Source: Chitinophagaceae bacterium
Lineage (GTDB): Bacteria > Bacteroidota > Bacteroidia > Chitinophagales > Chitinophagaceae
DNA: 64,000 bases
Assembly: GCA_018335935.1 (NCBI GenBank)
Contig: JAGXRG010000069.1
Coordinates: 67,976 to 131,975, forward strand
Reading direction: 5' to 3'
Position numbers and translations under genes: made by a program. The notes below the pieces were generated by a model. That model worked only from the letters and a program-made list of their open reading frames with translations. It was not told the DNA's origin and searched no databases. Numbering within the stretch: position 1 is the stretch's first letter; every line of letters begins with the position of its first letter. Of the stretch, positions 8,432 to 17,309 are shown one piece after another.

Positions 8432-9829
8432 ATGGAATACAGAATAGAAAAAGATACTATGGGCGAAGTTCAAGTTCCTGCTCATGTGTATTGGGGAGCA
8501 CAAACACAACGTAGTATTGATAACTTTAAAATTGCACAGGATATTAATAAAATGCCAAAAGAAATTATTAAGGCATTTGCAATTTTAAAACATGCTGCAG
8601 CAATTACTAATTGTGAATTAGGTGTATTAAGCGAAGAAAAGAAAAATGCAATAGGTACTGTATGTAATGAAATTTTAAATGGAGATTTAGACGATCAATT
8701 TCCTTTAGTAGTTTGGCAAACAGGAAGTGGAACTCAAAGTAACATGAATGTAAATGAAGTGGTGGCTTATAGAGCACATGTCATTAATGGAGGTACATTA
8801 ACTGATAAAGAAAAATTCTTGCATCCTAATGATGATGTCAATAAATCTCAAAGCAGTAATGATACTTTTCCAACAGCAATGCATATTGCTGCATATAAAA
8901 TTTTAATAGAACAAACCATTCCTGGAATTGAAAAACTTAGAGATACACTTGCTGTAAAAAGTAAAGCTTTTATGCATGTGGTGAAAATTGGTCGTACCCA
9001 TTTTATGGATGCTACCCCTTTAACAGTTGGACAAGAATTTAGTGGTTATGTTTCTCAACTCAATCATGGATTAAAAGCCATAAAAAATACATTAGCTCAT
9101 TTAAGTGAATTAGCATTGGGTGGCACTGCAGTGGGTACAGGAATAAATACACCAGATAACTATGATGTAGTTGTAGCTAAACATATTGCTAGTTTATCAG
9201 GGTTGCCATTTGTAACAGCAGAAAATAAATTTGAAGCATTAGCTGCTCATGATGCTATAGTTGAAGCTCATGGTGCTTTAAAAACAGTTGCTGTAAGTTT
9301 AATGAAAATTGCCAACGATTTTAGAATATTATCTTCTGGTCCAAGAAGTGGTATTGGAGAATTATTTATTCCAGACAATGAACCAGGCTCTTCAATTATG
9401 CCAGGAAAAGTAAATCCTACACAATGCGAGGCTTTAACAATGATTGCTGCACAAGTATTGGGCAATGATGTTGCCATTAATATTGGAGGCTCTAATGGTC
9501 ATTTTGAATTGAATGTATTTAAGCCAATGATGATTTATAATTTCTTACACAGTGCTCGTTTAATTGCTGATGGTTGTGTAAGCTTTAATGATAAATGTGC
9601 CATTGGTGTTGAACCTTTATATGATAACATTAAAAAGCATGTTGATAATAGTTTAATGTTGGTGACTGCACTCAACACAAAAATTGGTTATTATAAAGCT
9701 GCAGAAATAGCACAAACAGCACATAAAAATGGCAGCACTTTAAAAGATACTGCTATTGCATTAGGTTATTTAACTGCAGAGGAATTTGATGCTTGGGTAA
9801 AACCAGAAAATATGGTTGGGAAGATTTAG
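8432..9829 (+). CDS. fumC: class II fumarate hydratase
   Basis: Contains [16 protein letters not shown], the signature [16 protein letters not shown], and SSNDTFPTA. The ATG at 8432 is preferred over the upstream TTG at 8399. Confidence 0.9.
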   Translation: MEYRIEKDTMGEVQVPAHVYWGAQTQRSIDNFKIAQDINKMPKEIIKAFAILKHAAAITNCELGVLSEEKKNAIGTVCNEILNGDLDDQFPLVVWQTGSGTQSNMNVNEVVAYRAHVINGGTLTDKEKFLHPNDDVNKSQSSNDTFPTAMHIAAYKILIEQTIPGIEKLRDTLAVKSKAFMHVVKIGRTHFMDATPLTVGQEFSGYVSQLNHGLKAIKNTLAHLSELALGGTAVGTGINTPDNYDVVVAKHIASLSGLPFVTAENKFEALAAHDAIVEAHGALKTVAVSLMKIANDFRILSSGPRSGIGELFIPDNEPGSSIMPGKVNPTQCEALTMIAAQVLGNDVAINIGGSNGHFELNVFKPMMIYNFLHSARLIADGCVSFNDKCAIGVEPLYDNIKKHVDNSLMLVTALNTKIGYYKAAEIAQTAHKNGSTLKDTAIALGYLTAEEFDAWVKPENMVGKI

Positions 9830-9837
9830 TTTTTTAA

Positions 9838-9917
9838 AGTCATTGAGAGGAACGAAGCAATCTTTAATTGAATTTGAGATTGCTTCAGGCAAGAACCTTC
9901 GCAATGACAATATCATT
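9838..9917. repeat. palindromic repeat element, family A (gtcattg...caatgac)
   Basis: gtcattgagaggaacgaagcaatct ... agattgcttcaggcaagaaccttcgcaatgacaatatcatt. The right arm is repeated at 12219-12259. Confidence 0.8.
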
Positions 9918-10010
9918 TATTTCTCAGCAGCGTCTCTCTTTGAGGACGCTGCGTTATTGATAAAGGCAATGTCCCTTATAGGAGACATTGCTGAGAACCA
10001 AGTAACGCTT

Positions 10011-10037
10011 TCAAAGCTACAAGCTTTTAAGAGCAGA
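10011..10037. repeat. repeat family B (caaagct-aca-agcttt hairpin)
   Basis: tcaaagctacaagcttttaagagcaga. 26/27 identical to 10950-10976. Confidence 0.75.
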
Positions 10038-10049
10038 CTTTGGTGAAAA

Positions 10050-10826
10050 TTATAAATAGCTATTATCTACAAGCCACTTAGCAATTCTTTTTAAAGTGAA
10101 TTGATTTTTATCTATGCTTGCATCAGCAACTATGATGTTTTCTTTTTGCGGTATAGATACCACTCTTTTAATATTATCTTTAGCGGTAAATAGCTCCATA
10201 TTTTGTGCATTATTGCCACCAGTGAAAGAAACCCTTGCAACTACAACACCACTTGGTAATGTAAATTCATAATGATCCATTTGGTTGTATTCGCCCTTGT
10301 TTACAAAATTTCCAATTATTTTACCATCCTGCTCAACATTTTTACCTACAACAACAGATACTGGCCAAGCCCTATTACGGGGTACAGTAGTGTAATCTAC
10401 TGCAATTCTAGGACTAGCACCATCTCTTGCAATAAATTCTTTTACTTTACTATCATCTGTATTATCATTTATTATTATTCCACTTTTCCCTATAAGTTTT
10501 GCAAAAGATTTTTCTTGACTTAAGGCACTAATTTTAAAAATGCCCACTTGGTTACTAGTTAAAAAAGTAAGTCTGTAAAACAAATAAGAGTTGTCGAATT
10601 TATCTTGTTCAAACTCTGTAGCAACTGCTGCAATAATTATTTTAGTGCCTGTTAAATTATATACTTCAAAAGTTTTGGTTAAGCCAAAGTTTGTTTTCTT
10701 TACTTCAATTTTAGCATAATCATTTCCATCTACTTTAAGCAATCCGTTTTTATAATCGACATCCTGACCAATTAAAATGCTTATTGAAAATGCAAAAGCT
10801 AGAAAACTCAATACTGTTTTTTTCAT
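10050..10826 (-). CDS. hypothetical secreted protein (signal peptide)
   Basis: 258-aa ORF with N-terminal MKKTVLSFLAFAFSISILIGQ. No recognisable catalytic motif. Lies inside the repeat-rich islet. Confidence 0.6.
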   Translation of the reverse strand: MKKTVLSFLAFAFSISILIGQDVDYKNGLLKVDGNDYAKIEVKKTNFGLTKTFEVYNLTGTKIIIAAVATEFEQDKFDNSYLFYRLTFLTSNQVGIFKISALSQEKSFAKLIGKSGIIINDNTDDSKVKEFIARDGASPRIAVDYTTVPRNRAWPVSVVVGKNVEQDGKIIGNFVNKGEYNQMDHYEFTLPSGVVVARVSFTGGNNAQNMELFTAKDNIKRVVSIPQKENIIVADASIDKNQFTLKRIAKWLVDNSYL

Positions 10827-10890
10827 GATTATTTAATATGGCAATAAAAATAGTGAAATAAAAAGTATTGCCAATTTTGATGTACAGCTC

Positions 10891-10918
10891 TGCGAAACAT
10901 TTTGTTTCGCAATTTTTA
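10891..10918 (+). other. orphan near-copy of the manC terminator hairpin
   Basis: tgcgaaac-atttt-gtttcgca followed by atttttatttt. It has the same hairpin core as 8229-8249, but no plus-strand gene ends here. Confidence 0.5.
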
Positions 10919-10949
10919 TTTTGTTGCTATAAGCAACTTAATAATACTA

Positions 10950-10976
10950 TCAAAGCTACAAGCTTTGAAGAGCAGA
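10950..10976. repeat. repeat family B, second copy
   Basis: tcaaagctacaagctttgaagagcaga. Confidence 0.75.
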
Positions 10977-11004
10977 GAAAATAAACCAAGGCATAATTGC
11001 TTAT

Positions 11005-11088
11005 GAAGTCTTCGTCATTTCGAAGGTTCTCGCCTGAGAAATCTCCCAAATAGTTATTATAGATTTCTCCATTCGTCGAAATGACGAG
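11005..11088. repeat. palindromic repeat element, family C (nested dyads cgtcatttcga/tcgaaatgacg and gagaaatct/agatttctc)
   Basis: gaagtcttcgtcatttcgaagg...gagaaatct...agatttctc...tcgaaatgacgag. Confidence 0.8.
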
Positions 11089-11128
11089 ATCACTTTTCGC
11101 CTTTGTTGCAGTTCTTTACCAACATGGA

Positions 11129-11509
11129 TTATTCTTCTTTTCTCCTCACCACCAAAAACCAATTTTCACTTAATGGCAAATAACCATAATCGTAACAAAA
11201 AAAATAGGTTTGGTCTTTTTTGTTTTTGTAAGTATGGGTATGATATTTAAAAACAAAACCTTTTTGTGTGAGTTTGTCTAAAGTAATTTTTGTCATTTCT
11301 TCTTTATCGGTTAAAACCTCAGCCAAAATTTTTCTATTCTTCAATAAAGTATTATTCACTTGCTTAACATAAGCATCGGGTTTGTTTGTTGCTTTTTGTA
11401 AGTTGTTGTAATTGCTTCGACAATAATCATCACAAAATTTTTTATCAACCCTTCCTCTAAGTGTTTTATTACAAGCTAAACACTTTTTTAAAGCTGTTTC
11501 CATGTGCAT
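11129..11509 (-). CDS. hypothetical zinc-ribbon protein
   Basis: 126 aa. N-terminal CLAC-x14-CDDYC four-cysteine motif. The rest is basic and Tyr-rich. Divergent from ssb. Confidence 0.6.
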   Translation of the reverse strand: MHMETALKKCLACNKTLRGRVDKKFCDDYCRSNYNNLQKATNKPDAYVKQVNNTLLKNRKILAEVLTDKEEMTKITLDKLTQKGFVFKYHTHTYKNKKDQTYFFCYDYGYLPLSENWFLVVRRKEE

Positions 11510-11772
11510 TATTTAAAGTGAAAAATATAAATCAAGAAACACATAACTCAATGACATTCCGTTAAATCAAGACTAAAATTATAAAAAATTATCCGTATTT
11601 AATCGGATATACACGGATATCATCGAGAGTAAACGGTTAATCTCCGACTAAAGGTTTTTGGCAATATCATCTTTGCCTTGTCAAACAAAAACTGGTCAGA
11701 CGTCGCCACTAAAGTTTGATTGAAATAAATTAATAACCGTTCCGAAAATGTAGGAACACAAAACAAAACATC

Positions 11773-12117
11773 ATGTACGCATTAAAAAACAAAGTTCAAT
11801 TGATTGGAAACTTAGGTAACAATCCAGAAGTTAAAACATTAGAAAGTGGTAAAAAAATGGCAAAGTTTAGTGTAGCCACCAACGAAACTTACAGAAATGC
11901 AAAAGGCGAAAAAGTAGTAGAAACCCAATGGCATAATTTAATTGCTTGGGGTAAGGTTGCTGAAATTGCTGAAAAATTTTTACAAAAAGGAAGTGAAGTG
12001 GCTTTAGAAGGAAAACTCATTAATCGTAGTTATAACGATAAAGAGGGCAACAAGAAATATATAACAGAAGTTCAGGTAAATGAGTTATTGTTATTAAGCA
12101 AGGAAGCTAAAGCCTAG
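11773..12117 (+). CDS. ssb: single-stranded DNA-binding protein, short form without acidic C-terminal tail
   Basis: 114 aa. OB-fold SSB pattern NKVQLIGNLGNNPEV...FSVATNE...TQWHNLIAWGKVAE. Ends ...LLSKEAKA with no D/E-rich IPF-type tip. Confidence 0.85.
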   Translation: MYALKNKVQLIGNLGNNPEVKTLESGKKMAKFSVATNETYRNAKGEKVVETQWHNLIAWGKVAEIAEKFLQKGSEVALEGKLINRSYNDKEGNKKYITEVQVNELLLLSKEAKA

Positions 12118-12123
12118 TGTCTT

Positions 12124-12215
12124 TGAAGTCGTCATTTCGAATTCCGGTTCATTTGGATTGAGAAATCTGTTAAATTTTGATAAGATTTCTCGTTCGTTCC
12201 TCACTCGAAATGACG
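12124..12215. repeat. family C element, second copy
   Basis: tgaagtcgtcatttcgaatt...gagaaatct...agatttctc...ctcgaaatgacg. Confidence 0.8.
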
Positions 12216-12218
12216 TAA

Positions 12219-12259
12219 AGATTGCTTCAGGCACGAACCTTCGCAATGACAATATCATT
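12219..12259. repeat. family A half-element; direct repeat of 9877-9917 (40/41 identical)
   Basis: agattgcttcaggcacgaaccttcgcaatgacaatatcatt. Confidence 0.85.
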
Positions 12260-12263
12260 AAAA

Positions 12264-12297
12264 CAAAAAAAGAGCAGAATAAATTCTGCTCTTTTTT
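12264..12297. terminator. bidirectional terminator between convergent ssb and the S46 peptidase gene
   Basis: aaaaaaa-gagcagaat-aa-attctgctc-tttttt. Confidence 0.8.
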
Positions 12298-12323
12298 AAT
12301 TTATTCAATGAAATAACTTTTTG

Positions 12324-14483
12324 TTATTTACTTACAACATTTAATTCATCAACAATGTGTTTTGCACCACCCAATTTTTCTATGCACCACAATACATATC
12401 TTACATCCACACAAATGGTTCTGTTTAAATCTTTATCGAAAGCTAATTTATGACTTAAAGCTTCGTAGTTACCATCGAAAGCTAAACCAATTAATTCGCC
12501 TTTGCCATTGATAACAGGGCTTCCACTATTGCCTCCTGTAATATCATTAGTTGTAATAAAATTTACCACAAGATCTTTATAGTTTGGATCTGCATATCTG
12601 CCAAAGTCTTTTGCATTATATAAATCAATAAATTTTTGTGGAAGATCGAACTCGTAATCATCTTTCACATATTTATCCATTACGCCTTTCATGGTACAAA
12701 CAATATCATACTTTACTGCATCTTTTGGATAATAGCTTTTTACATTACCATAACTTACTCTCATAGTAAAATTAGCATCAGGATACATCATCTTAGCTTT
12801 AACAGGATCCATTTCCATAATACCTTTTAAATATGCTTTTCCTAATTCATTATTTTTTGAATTAAAAGCTGCAAATTTTGAAGCATAGTTTTTATTATAG
12901 TTGTTAATGAAAGCTGTTGCTGTTTTATAGGCAGGATCGTTTTGTAAAGCTTCAACCGTTGGTTTTGCTGTAAAGGCTTTCCACTTAGCATCATCAAATG
13001 CCATTGTGTTTTCAAAAACATCTGCAGCATATTTTTTGAATGGATTTTCTTCTATACTGCTACTCTTAAATAAATCTGTATAAAATTCTTTGGGTTGTTG
13101 AGCAGGGTCAACATCTGTCATGAATAGCGATAAAGCATGAGCTAATATTTTTTGATCACTTTTTTTGTTTTCATTTTCCAAAAAATTGGCTCTAGCTCTT
13201 TCGGCAGCTTTAACAGCTTTTTCAATATCTTCTGCTTTTGCATCTTTCTTGTTCAAAGCATTTTCTAAACTCATCCAAGAACCAGCAAATGCTAATAATG
13301 GTGAGCCCATAATACCTTCATTCAAATATTGACGGTGTTTAGCATATGGCCTCCAAGCTTCGTAATTTTTGGCATAATCAGCCACTATATTTTCATATTC
13401 AGCTTTTCCTTTTGCCCAATTATTAAACTCATTTTCAAATTTTTTCTTGTTGCCATACACATCATACTTTAAAAGTTGTTTGGTTTCGCCGTCAAAAAAT
13501 TTCCAATAGTTGGCAATACCGGCATAAGATGATGCTAATTGAAGTTTTACTGCAGGATCTTTAATCATTTCTGCATACATATATTTCAAACGCATATCTC
13601 TCAACTTCACTAATGATGGGTTGTTGATATCAGTACTTAGTTTAACACCATCACTAATTTCATAGCGATTAGTGCTACCAGGATAACCATAAATCATACT
13701 ATAATCACCATCTTTTAAAGGTTTAATACTAACGGGTAAAAAGTATTTTGGAGTCATAGGAACATTAGCCACATCGTAATTGGCAGGTTGACCATCTTTA
13801 GTGGTATACACTCTAAAAACTGAGAAATCACCAGTATGTCTTGGCCACTCCCAATTATCAGTATCACCACCATATTTACCAATACTTTCTGGAGGAGTTC
13901 CTACAAAACGTATGTCTTTATGTACATCATAAACATATAAAAAGTATTGATTGCCTTTAAACATACTAGCAACTACTGCACGTTTAAATTCGTTACCACC
14001 AGTAGCTTCTTTAATAAGATCTGATTGAATTTGTTGCATTTTAGCATTACGTTCGGCACCAGTTAAACTGCCTAAACCAGCTTCAATTTTTTGGGTTACA
14101 TCTTCAATTCTATTTAAAAATTGAACAGATAGACTGGTTTGAATTTCTTTGCTTTTATCGGCAGCCCAAAAGCCATCTCTTAAATAATTGTTTTCAACTG
14201 AAGATGCTTTAGCAATTGCACCATAACCACAGTGGTGATTGGTGAATATTAATCCTTGATTACTTACAATTTCTCCCGTACATCCTCCACCAAAAATTAC
14301 AATAGCATCTTTTAAAGAAGCATTATTGATGCTGTACAATTGTTCAGGTTTAAGTTTCAAACCTTTTTTTACCATGTCGTTATACACTTGTTGACCCAAT
14401 AACATAGGCAACCACATTCCTTCGTCTGCATAGGTTCGGAACATGATTAAAACAAGCGATAATGAAACCAATATCTTTTTCAT
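12324..14483 (-). CDS. S46 family dipeptidyl-peptidase (DPP7/DPP11-like)
   Basis: 719 aa. Signal peptide followed by DEGMWLP, catalytic His motif FTNHHCG and Ser motif TGGNSGSPV. Confidence 0.9.
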   Translation of the reverse strand: MKKILVSLSLVLIMFRTYADEGMWLPMLLGQQVYNDMVKKGLKLKPEQLYSINNASLKDAIVIFGGGCTGEIVSNQGLIFTNHHCGYGAIAKASSVENNYLRDGFWAADKSKEIQTSLSVQFLNRIEDVTQKIEAGLGSLTGAERNAKMQQIQSDLIKEATGGNEFKRAVVASMFKGNQYFLYVYDVHKDIRFVGTPPESIGKYGGDTDNWEWPRHTGDFSVFRVYTTKDGQPANYDVANVPMTPKYFLPVSIKPLKDGDYSMIYGYPGSTNRYEISDGVKLSTDINNPSLVKLRDMRLKYMYAEMIKDPAVKLQLASSYAGIANYWKFFDGETKQLLKYDVYGNKKKFENEFNNWAKGKAEYENIVADYAKNYEAWRPYAKHRQYLNEGIMGSPLLAFAGSWMSLENALNKKDAKAEDIEKAVKAAERARANFLENENKKSDQKILAHALSLFMTDVDPAQQPKEFYTDLFKSSSIEENPFKKYAADVFENTMAFDDAKWKAFTAKPTVEALQNDPAYKTATAFINNYNKNYASKFAAFNSKNNELGKAYLKGIMEMDPVKAKMMYPDANFTMRVSYGNVKSYYPKDAVKYDIVCTMKGVMDKYVKDDYEFDLPQKFIDLYNAKDFGRYADPNYKDLVVNFITTNDITGGNSGSPVINGKGELIGLAFDGNYEALSHKLAFDKDLNRTICVDVRYVLWCIEKLGGAKHIVDELNVVSK

Positions 14484-14571
14484 AATTCAAATTTTGTGAG
14501 TAGCAAACCTAAGGAATTGTAATTTGTTTTTTATATGATATTGATTAGTGGTGCTATTGAAATAAAAGACA

Positions 14572-14599
14572 TAAAAAAAGTAGCCATTCGACTACTTTT
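14572..14599 (-). terminator. terminator after the enoyl-CoA hydratase gene
   Basis: On the minus strand: aaaagtag-tcgaatgg-ctactttt followed by a T-run. Confidence 0.6.
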
Positions 14600-14618
14600 A
14601 AATCTTGAAAACCTGTTT

Positions 14619-15374
14619 TTATGCTTTGAATTTTTTAATAAACTCTTTAGTAAAATCACTTAATACCAACTTACCACTAATGGCTGCTCTTTGCATTAAA
14701 AGAGTATCCCAATGCTCTGTTCCACTCCAAAATGCTTTTTTAATTTCGGCCATTGCTTCAGGATTTTGTGTGGATAAATTCTTGGCCAATTCCATTGATT
14801 TTGCTTGTAATTCATCAATGTTTTCCACAATTTCTACAAATAGCCCCTTTTCTTTAGCCCATTCTGCTGATCTAAAATTTGAAGCATCAATAGCTAATTC
14901 ATAAGCTGCAGAAGTACCAATCTTACGTTCAACTGCTGGTCCAACTACAAAGGGTCCTATTCCAACTGCCAATTCACTCAATTTAATTTGAGCATATTTT
15001 GTAGCCAAAGTATAGTCGCAAGCACTAGCTAAACCAACCCCTCCACCAACAGCTTTACCTTGAACACAACCTATGATAAATTTTGGACATTTACGCATGG
15101 CATTAATTACATTGGCAAATCCACTAAAGAATTGTAAGCCTTGTTCTTCAGTTTCAATATTGATTAACTCGTCGAAGCTAGCACCAGCACAAAAAGTTCT
15201 TTCGCCTGCACTTTTTAAGAGTACAACTTTACAGTTTGAATCTTGAGCAGCAGTATAAAATGCTTGAGCCAATTGCTCTAAAATGCTTGCTGGTAAAGAG
15301 TTGTGTTGAGCAGTAAAAAATTCTATTACACCAATTGTATCTGTTACCGAATATTGTACATAAGATGATTGCAT
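14619..15374 (-). CDS. enoyl-CoA hydratase/isomerase (crotonase) family protein
   Basis: 251 aa with FCAGASFDEL and GKAVGGGVGLASACDY crotonase-fold motifs. Confidence 0.85.
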   Translation of the reverse strand: MQSSYVQYSVTDTIGVIEFFTAQHNSLPASILEQLAQAFYTAAQDSNCKVVLLKSAGERTFCAGASFDELINIETEEQGLQFFSGFANVINAMRKCPKFIIGCVQGKAVGGGVGLASACDYTLATKYAQIKLSELAVGIGPFVVGPAVERKIGTSAAYELAIDASNFRSAEWAKEKGLFVEIVENIDELQAKSMELAKNLSTQNPEAMAEIKKAFWSGTEHWDTLLMQRAAISGKLVLSDFTKEFIKKFKA

Positions 15375-15474
15375 TGTAGATGATTTATATCTGCAATATT
15401 AAAGCAATCATTATTATTTGTGGGTGTAGTAGAATTTTTACAATATCAACTTAATAGAATGTAAAAAATAAAAA

Positions 15475-15711
15475 TTATTTTTTAGCTGCTGTTTGTTTAG
15501 CATAAGCCAAAATTGTGTCCATAGTTTTTTTACTCGGACTTAAAGGTTTTTGCTTCAGTTGATCCAGTTGTTTTTTTGTTCTTTTTAATGAATTGATTTC
15601 TTTTAATAATTCTTTGTCGTTTAGCAAAGCCTTATCAATCGCCATTTTTAAAATTGGCGATGCTTCATCGTACAAGAACTGCATGAGTTGTTGCTGAGAA
15701 AATTTTCGCAT
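15475..15711 (-). CDS. hypothetical protein
   Basis: 78-aa ORF, helical and Lys-rich, sitting in an otherwise empty gap. No motif recognised. Confidence 0.45.
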   Translation of the reverse strand: MRKFSQQQLMQFLYDEASPILKMAIDKALLNDKELLKEINSLKRTKKQLDQLKQKPLSPSKKTMDTILAYAKQTAAKK

Positions 15712-15816
15712 ACTCTGTTTGAATTAGCTGTTATAAAATTACAGCTTTCGAAGGGTAGATGCGGAATGTTCTATCAAAACGATTGTGGATAACTATTATT
15801 GTGTTTACCTTAAAAA

Positions 15817-16110
15817 TTATGGTTGTGGATATTCTATGATATAGATATCCTCATTATCCTTCTTTAAGAAATATTTTTCTCTGGCAAATTTTTCTAAAGC
15901 TTCGGGGTTATGTTGTATATCTGAAAGCTCTTGCTGAGCAATTTCAATTTCTTTTTTATAATAAGCTGCTTTTGTTTTAAGATTGTCTAAATCCTTTAGT
16001 CGAGATTGTTGTATAAAAAAATCAGTCTCATCAAAAAACAAGACCCAAACTAACATAAAGGCAAAAGAGAGAAAATATTTATTGAATAAAATTTGAGCCC
16101 ACATTTTCAT
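15817..16110 (-). CDS. septum formation initiator (FtsB/DivIC-like) protein
   Basis: Single N-terminal TM segment (FLSFAFMLVWVLFF) followed by a coiled-coil (LKTKAAYYKKEIEIAQQELSDIQ). Start is uncertain: ATG at 16110 or 16104, against the longest ORF start at 16155. Confidence 0.6.
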   Translation of the reverse strand: MKMWAQILFNKYFLSFAFMLVWVLFFDETDFFIQQSRLKDLDNLKTKAAYYKKEIEIAQQELSDIQHNPEALEKFAREKYFLKKDNEDIYIIEYPQP

Positions 16111-16244
16111 ATCGTAAAAATAAAAATTCAGTTCATAAAAAGTATAATTGTTCATAACTTAAATTTTTTAATAAAAGAATTGTTGAATTCCGATAGATTA
16201 AATAACAAATTAGGTTGGCATAAAACTTATTTTACTTTTGCGGT

Positions 16245-17288
16245 ATGTATGCTTTATTAAGGCAATTACTTTTTACACTTTCTGCACATCAAGCACATGA
16301 AATATCCATGCAACTGCTTAAAGTAGGCTGTAGTGTTTCATTGATTAAAACCTTGCTTGCTCAACAATTTTCTATTGATAATAAAGCATTAGAAAAAAAT
16401 GTTTTTGGCTTGACTTTTAAAAACCCGGTTGGTTTAGCTGCAGGTTTTGATAAGAATGCTGAATATTTACATGAATTGGAAGCCTTAGGTTTTGGATTCA
16501 TAGAAATTGGCACAGTAACCCCAAAAGCTCAGCCTGGTAACCCTAGACCAAGTTTGTTTAGATTACCCAAAGACCTTGCTCTGATTAACAGAATGGGATT
16601 TAATAATGAGGGTGTAATGGCTGCCAAAAAAAGATTAGAAGTTTGGAGAACTAATCATACAAACAGTAAATTAATTATTGGTTCCAATATTGGTATTAAT
16701 AAAACTACTGAACACGAGCATGCTCACGAAGATTATAAAACATGTTTTAATGAACTTTATGATGCAAGTGATTATTTTGTGGTAAATGTAAGTAGTCCAA
16801 ACACCCCAGGATTGAGGGCTTTACAAAGCAAAGAAGCCCTAACAAGAATTTTAGGAGAGTTGATACATGAAAATGCTGGCAAACCAAAATCAAAACCCAT
16901 CTTATTAAAGATTGCTCCAGATTTGAGTAATGATGAACTAGATGATATTATAGCATTAACCAAAGAGCTTAATATAAGTGGAATCGTTTCATCGAATACT
17001 ACCATTTCTAGAGAAAATCTTTGCACTTCGGCAAAAACAATTGCAACAATTGGTAATGGTGGTTTAAGTGGCAAACCTCTCAAAACTAAAAGTGATACAG
17101 TAATTAAATATGTTCATGAAAAAAACTCTGAAATGCCTTTGATTGCAAGTGGTGGAATTTTTAATGGACAAGATGCAAAAGATAAATTTGAACTTGGTGC
17201 AAGTTTGGTGCAAGTTTGGACTGGATTTATTTACGAGGGTCCTTCCATCGCCAAAAATATTTGTAAAGAACTTTTAAAAGATTCATAA
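16245..17288 (+). CDS. pyrD: dihydroorotate dehydrogenase (quinone), class 2
   Basis: 347 aa with GLAAGFDKN, IEIGTVTP, NVSSPNTPGLR and GGLSGKPL motifs. Confidence 0.9.
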   Translation: MYALLRQLLFTLSAHQAHEISMQLLKVGCSVSLIKTLLAQQFSIDNKALEKNVFGLTFKNPVGLAAGFDKNAEYLHELEALGFGFIEIGTVTPKAQPGNPRPSLFRLPKDLALINRMGFNNEGVMAAKKRLEVWRTNHTNSKLIIGSNIGINKTTEHEHAHEDYKTCFNELYDASDYFVVNVSSPNTPGLRALQSKEALTRILGELIHENAGKPKSKPILLKIAPDLSNDELDDIIALTKELNISGIVSSNTTISRENLCTSAKTIATIGNGGLSGKPLKTKSDTVIKYVHEKNSEMPLIASGGIFNGQDAKDKFELGASLVQVWTGFIYEGPSIAKNICKELLKDS

Positions 17289-17309
17289 TATCGTACAATA
17301 AATTTTTAT

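Noticed and set aside
9816-10046. 76-aa plus-strand ORF ([17 protein letters not shown]...EIASGKNLRNDN...) after fumC.
   Set aside because: It is a read-through of the palindromic repeat elements (families A and B and small hairpins). The same DNA recurs in non-coding contexts at 10950-10976 and 12219-12259, and the ORF overlaps the fumC stop. It is not a gene.
9830-12323. The islet as an integrated mobile element, with the 41-bp direct repeats as att sites.
   Set aside because: It is not claimed as a mobile element. No integrase, transposase or relaxase is present, and the repeat is an arm of a palindromic element family that probably occurs elsewhere. It is kept only as a hypothesis in the findings.
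15784-15832. Perfect DnaA-box 9-mer TGTGGATAA (15784-15792), with a near copy TGTGGATAT (15824-15832) and another perfect copy at 63836-63844. Possible oriC?
   Set aside because: These are only isolated boxes. One lies inside a CDS, there is no cluster of four or more boxes, and no adjacent dnaA, dnaN or AT-rich unwinding element. In AT-rich DNA, a couple of perfect 9-mers in 64 kb (both strands) is near chance expectation.
17289-17309. Looked for a yybP-ykoY (Mn) riboswitch upstream of the TerC-family gene, and for SAM or B12 riboswitches upstream of metH and the aminotransferase.
   Set aside because: The spacers are too short (21 nt before terC; about 80 nt of usable spacer before metH, largely word repeat) and lack the conserved cores.
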